From Ignavibacteriota bacterium (GTDB taxonomy: Bacteria; Bacteroidota; Ignavibacteria; UBA10030; CAVZMI01), in assembly GCA_963776275.1 (NCBI GenBank), contig CAVZMI010000020.1, positions 255,820 through 319,819 on the forward strand: 64,000 nt of DNA. The letters are read 5' to 3'. Positions 62,239 through 64,000 of the stretch are shown here, in pieces. The notes under the pieces were generated by a model. It worked only from the letters and a program-made list of their open reading frames with translations, searched no databases and was not told the DNA's origin. A program made the position numbers and the translations under genes. How positions within the stretch are numbered: position 1 is the first letter of the stretch; every line of letters begins with the position of its first letter.

Positions 62239-63909
62239 ATGAAGATTACAAAAATTACAATTCATAATTTCAGGTCCATAAGAGAGCAATCACTTAATTT
62301 ATGTGATTATTCTTTGCTGATTGGCATGAATAACTCAGGGAAAACAAATATAATAGATGCTATACGAATATTTTATGAGAAGGATTTGAAATTCACATCC
62401 AACCGAGACTTACCTAAATTTGATGTAGATGACCAAGAAAGTTGGATTGAAATAGAATTTCATTTGGAGGATGATGAATTTCCGGATTTAAAAGATGAAT
62501 ACAAACAGCCAAATAATATTTTGCGAGTAAGAAAATATTTAAAATCTACTGACACCAACAGAGTAAAATCTAACCAGAGTAATATTTACGCTTATGAGGG
62601 GGAGCAACTCTCAGACAATCTCTTTTACGGAGCTAAGAACATTTCAGAAGCCAAATTAGGGGATGTCATCTATATTCCAGAAGTTACTAAAGTAGATGAA
62701 TATACCAAATTAAGTGGACCATCGGCTTTTAGAAATCTATTAGAGTTTGTTGTAAAGAAAGTAATAAAAAATAGTCCCGCTTTTGAAAGTCTAGGCAAAT
62801 CTTTTGAAGATTTTAACGAAAAATTTAAAAAAGAAGCTTCCAAAGATGGCATTTCGTTAAAAAATCTAATCCAAGATATTAATGACGAAATTAGGGACTG
62901 GGGAACCTCTTTTGGAATCGAAATTAACCAAATTAAGCCAGAAGAAATAATAAAAAATTTAGTAACCCATTACTTAGAAGATAAAAACCTAAAAGATCAA
63001 AAATTGGATGTAAGTTCTTTTGGGCAGGGTCTCCAAAGACATCTGATTTATACTTTGGTAAAACTCTCTGTTAAATATAAAGATACGCCAACAAAAAAAG
63101 ATAAAAAGGAATTTTCTCCAAATTTCACCCTAATTCTCTTCGAAGAACCAGAAGCATTTTTACATCCTGCTCAGCAAGAGGTTTTGAATATAAGTCTAAA
63201 AGAACTTTCCGCCGAATACTCTCAACAAATTTTAATATCAACGCATTCTACACATTTTGCAAGTAAAAACATAGATGTCATACCATCCATTTTGAAGCTT
63301 GCAAAGGATGGCCCCGAGACAAAAATCTATCAAATAGACAAGGAAACCCTAAAAGCGACTCTGGAAGAAAACAAAGAATTAAAAACAATTTTAGGGGAAA
63401 CTTCAACAGATAGAGATATCGAATTAGAATCTATACGTTATTGTTTGTGGTTAGACCCCGACAGATGTTGTGCTTTCTTTGCTGATGCTGTACTTATTTG
63501 TGAAGGTTTGAGCGATAAGGCATTAATAGATACACTCATTAAAAATGAAAAGATAACGCTTGAGAACAGTAGAATGTACATTCTCAATGCGGCGGGAAAG
63601 TATGATATCCACCGATATATGAACTTATTTGGTAAACTAGGTATTAAACATTCTGTTTTATTTGATGGGGATAACGATTCAGATAAGCATAAGAAAATAA
63701 ATGAATTTATACAAAATAATAAAAATAGTTTCACACTAAATTGTTATCAATTTCCAAGAGAACTTGAAGATTTTTTGGAAATTCCTAAAGAGAGCGATAG
63801 GTATAAAAAGCCTTTAAATGTAATGTGGCATTATAGAAATAACAAGATACCCAAGCAAAAAATCAATGAACTAACTGAAATTATTAAGAATCTAATTGAG
63901 GGGAAATAA
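62239..63909 (+). CDS. OLD-family ATP-dependent nuclease (ABC ATPase + TOPRIM), cassette 2
   Basis: I.NFRSI, Walker A GMNNSGKT, FGQGLQR, Walker B FEEPEAFLHP, STHS, TOPRIM CEGLSD…FDGD; visibly AT-rich. Confidence 0.9.
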   Translation: MKITKITIHNFRSIREQSLNLCDYSLLIGMNNSGKTNIIDAIRIFYEKDLKFTSNRDLPKFDVDDQESWIEIEFHLEDDEFPDLKDEYKQPNNILRVRKYLKSTDTNRVKSNQSNIYAYEGEQLSDNLFYGAKNISEAKLGDVIYIPEVTKVDEYTKLSGPSAFRNLLEFVVKKVIKNSPAFESLGKSFEDFNEKFKKEASKDGISLKNLIQDINDEIRDWGTSFGIEINQIKPEEIIKNLVTHYLEDKNLKDQKLDVSSFGQGLQRHLIYTLVKLSVKYKDTPTKKDKKEFSPNFTLILFEEPEAFLHPAQQEVLNISLKELSAEYSQQILISTHSTHFASKNIDVIPSILKLAKDGPETKIYQIDKETLKATLEENKELKTILGETSTDRDIELESIRYCLWLDPDRCCAFFADAVLICEGLSDKALIDTLIKNEKITLENSRMYILNAAGKYDIHRYMNLFGKLGIKHSVLFDGDNDSDKHKKINEFIQNNKNSFTLNCYQFPRELEDFLEIPKESDRYKKPLNVMWHYRNNKIPKQKINELTEIIKNLIEGK

Positions 63910-63924
63910 TGATACCGCCACTTC

Positions 63925-64000
63925 ATATAACACAGCATAAAAGGTTCGTGCCCGACGGCACTCACGCAAATTTTTGCTTCACAAAAACTTCTTTTATGCT
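63925..64000 (+). mobile_element. attC site 2 (truncated by window end)
   Basis: R'' ATATAAC 16 nt after the stop; L'' AGCATAAAAG pairs with L' CTTTTATGCT at the window end. Confidence 0.75.

Noticed and set aside
62239-64000. Gabija system
   Set aside because: An attC follows the nuclease immediately; no UvrD helicase in the cassette or window

Overview
A 64 kb chromosomal window from a Gram-negative bacterium, probably FCB group / Ignavibacteria-like (T9SS 'QNYPNPFN' C-terminal domains, DUF4159/DUF4175/DUF2851 genes); the taxonomy is inferred. Housekeeping genes: rseP, dxr, lon, dnaX, trxA, cydAB. Also present: a SigR/SigH-like ECF sigma/anti-sigma pair, a membrane adenylate cyclase overlapping a barrel-TPR gene, a TetR-TolC-MFP-RND efflux operon, a group 3c (Mvh) NiFe hydrogenase operon behind a decayed hdrA, several secreted proteases, many REP/MITE-like palindromes, and the start of an integron cassette array at the right end. 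Main findings: (1) The array has an attI-like site, attC sites and no intI in view; its second cassette is a lone AT-rich OLD-family ATPase-TOPRIM nuclease. (2) A Nal1-like lipoprotein serine protease is followed by a lipoprotein that is a free-standing copy of its own prodomain, a candidate protease/inhibitor pair. (3) About 12 frameshift, stop or missense lesions repair to GGWCC, pointing to methylation-driven base-calling errors and a host GGWCC methylation motif. (4) A TPR-CHAT lipoprotein lacking both catalytic residues lies next to a T9SS subtilase. (5) dnaX has an A9G slippery site. Family assignments come from motif recognition by eye; no database searches were run.
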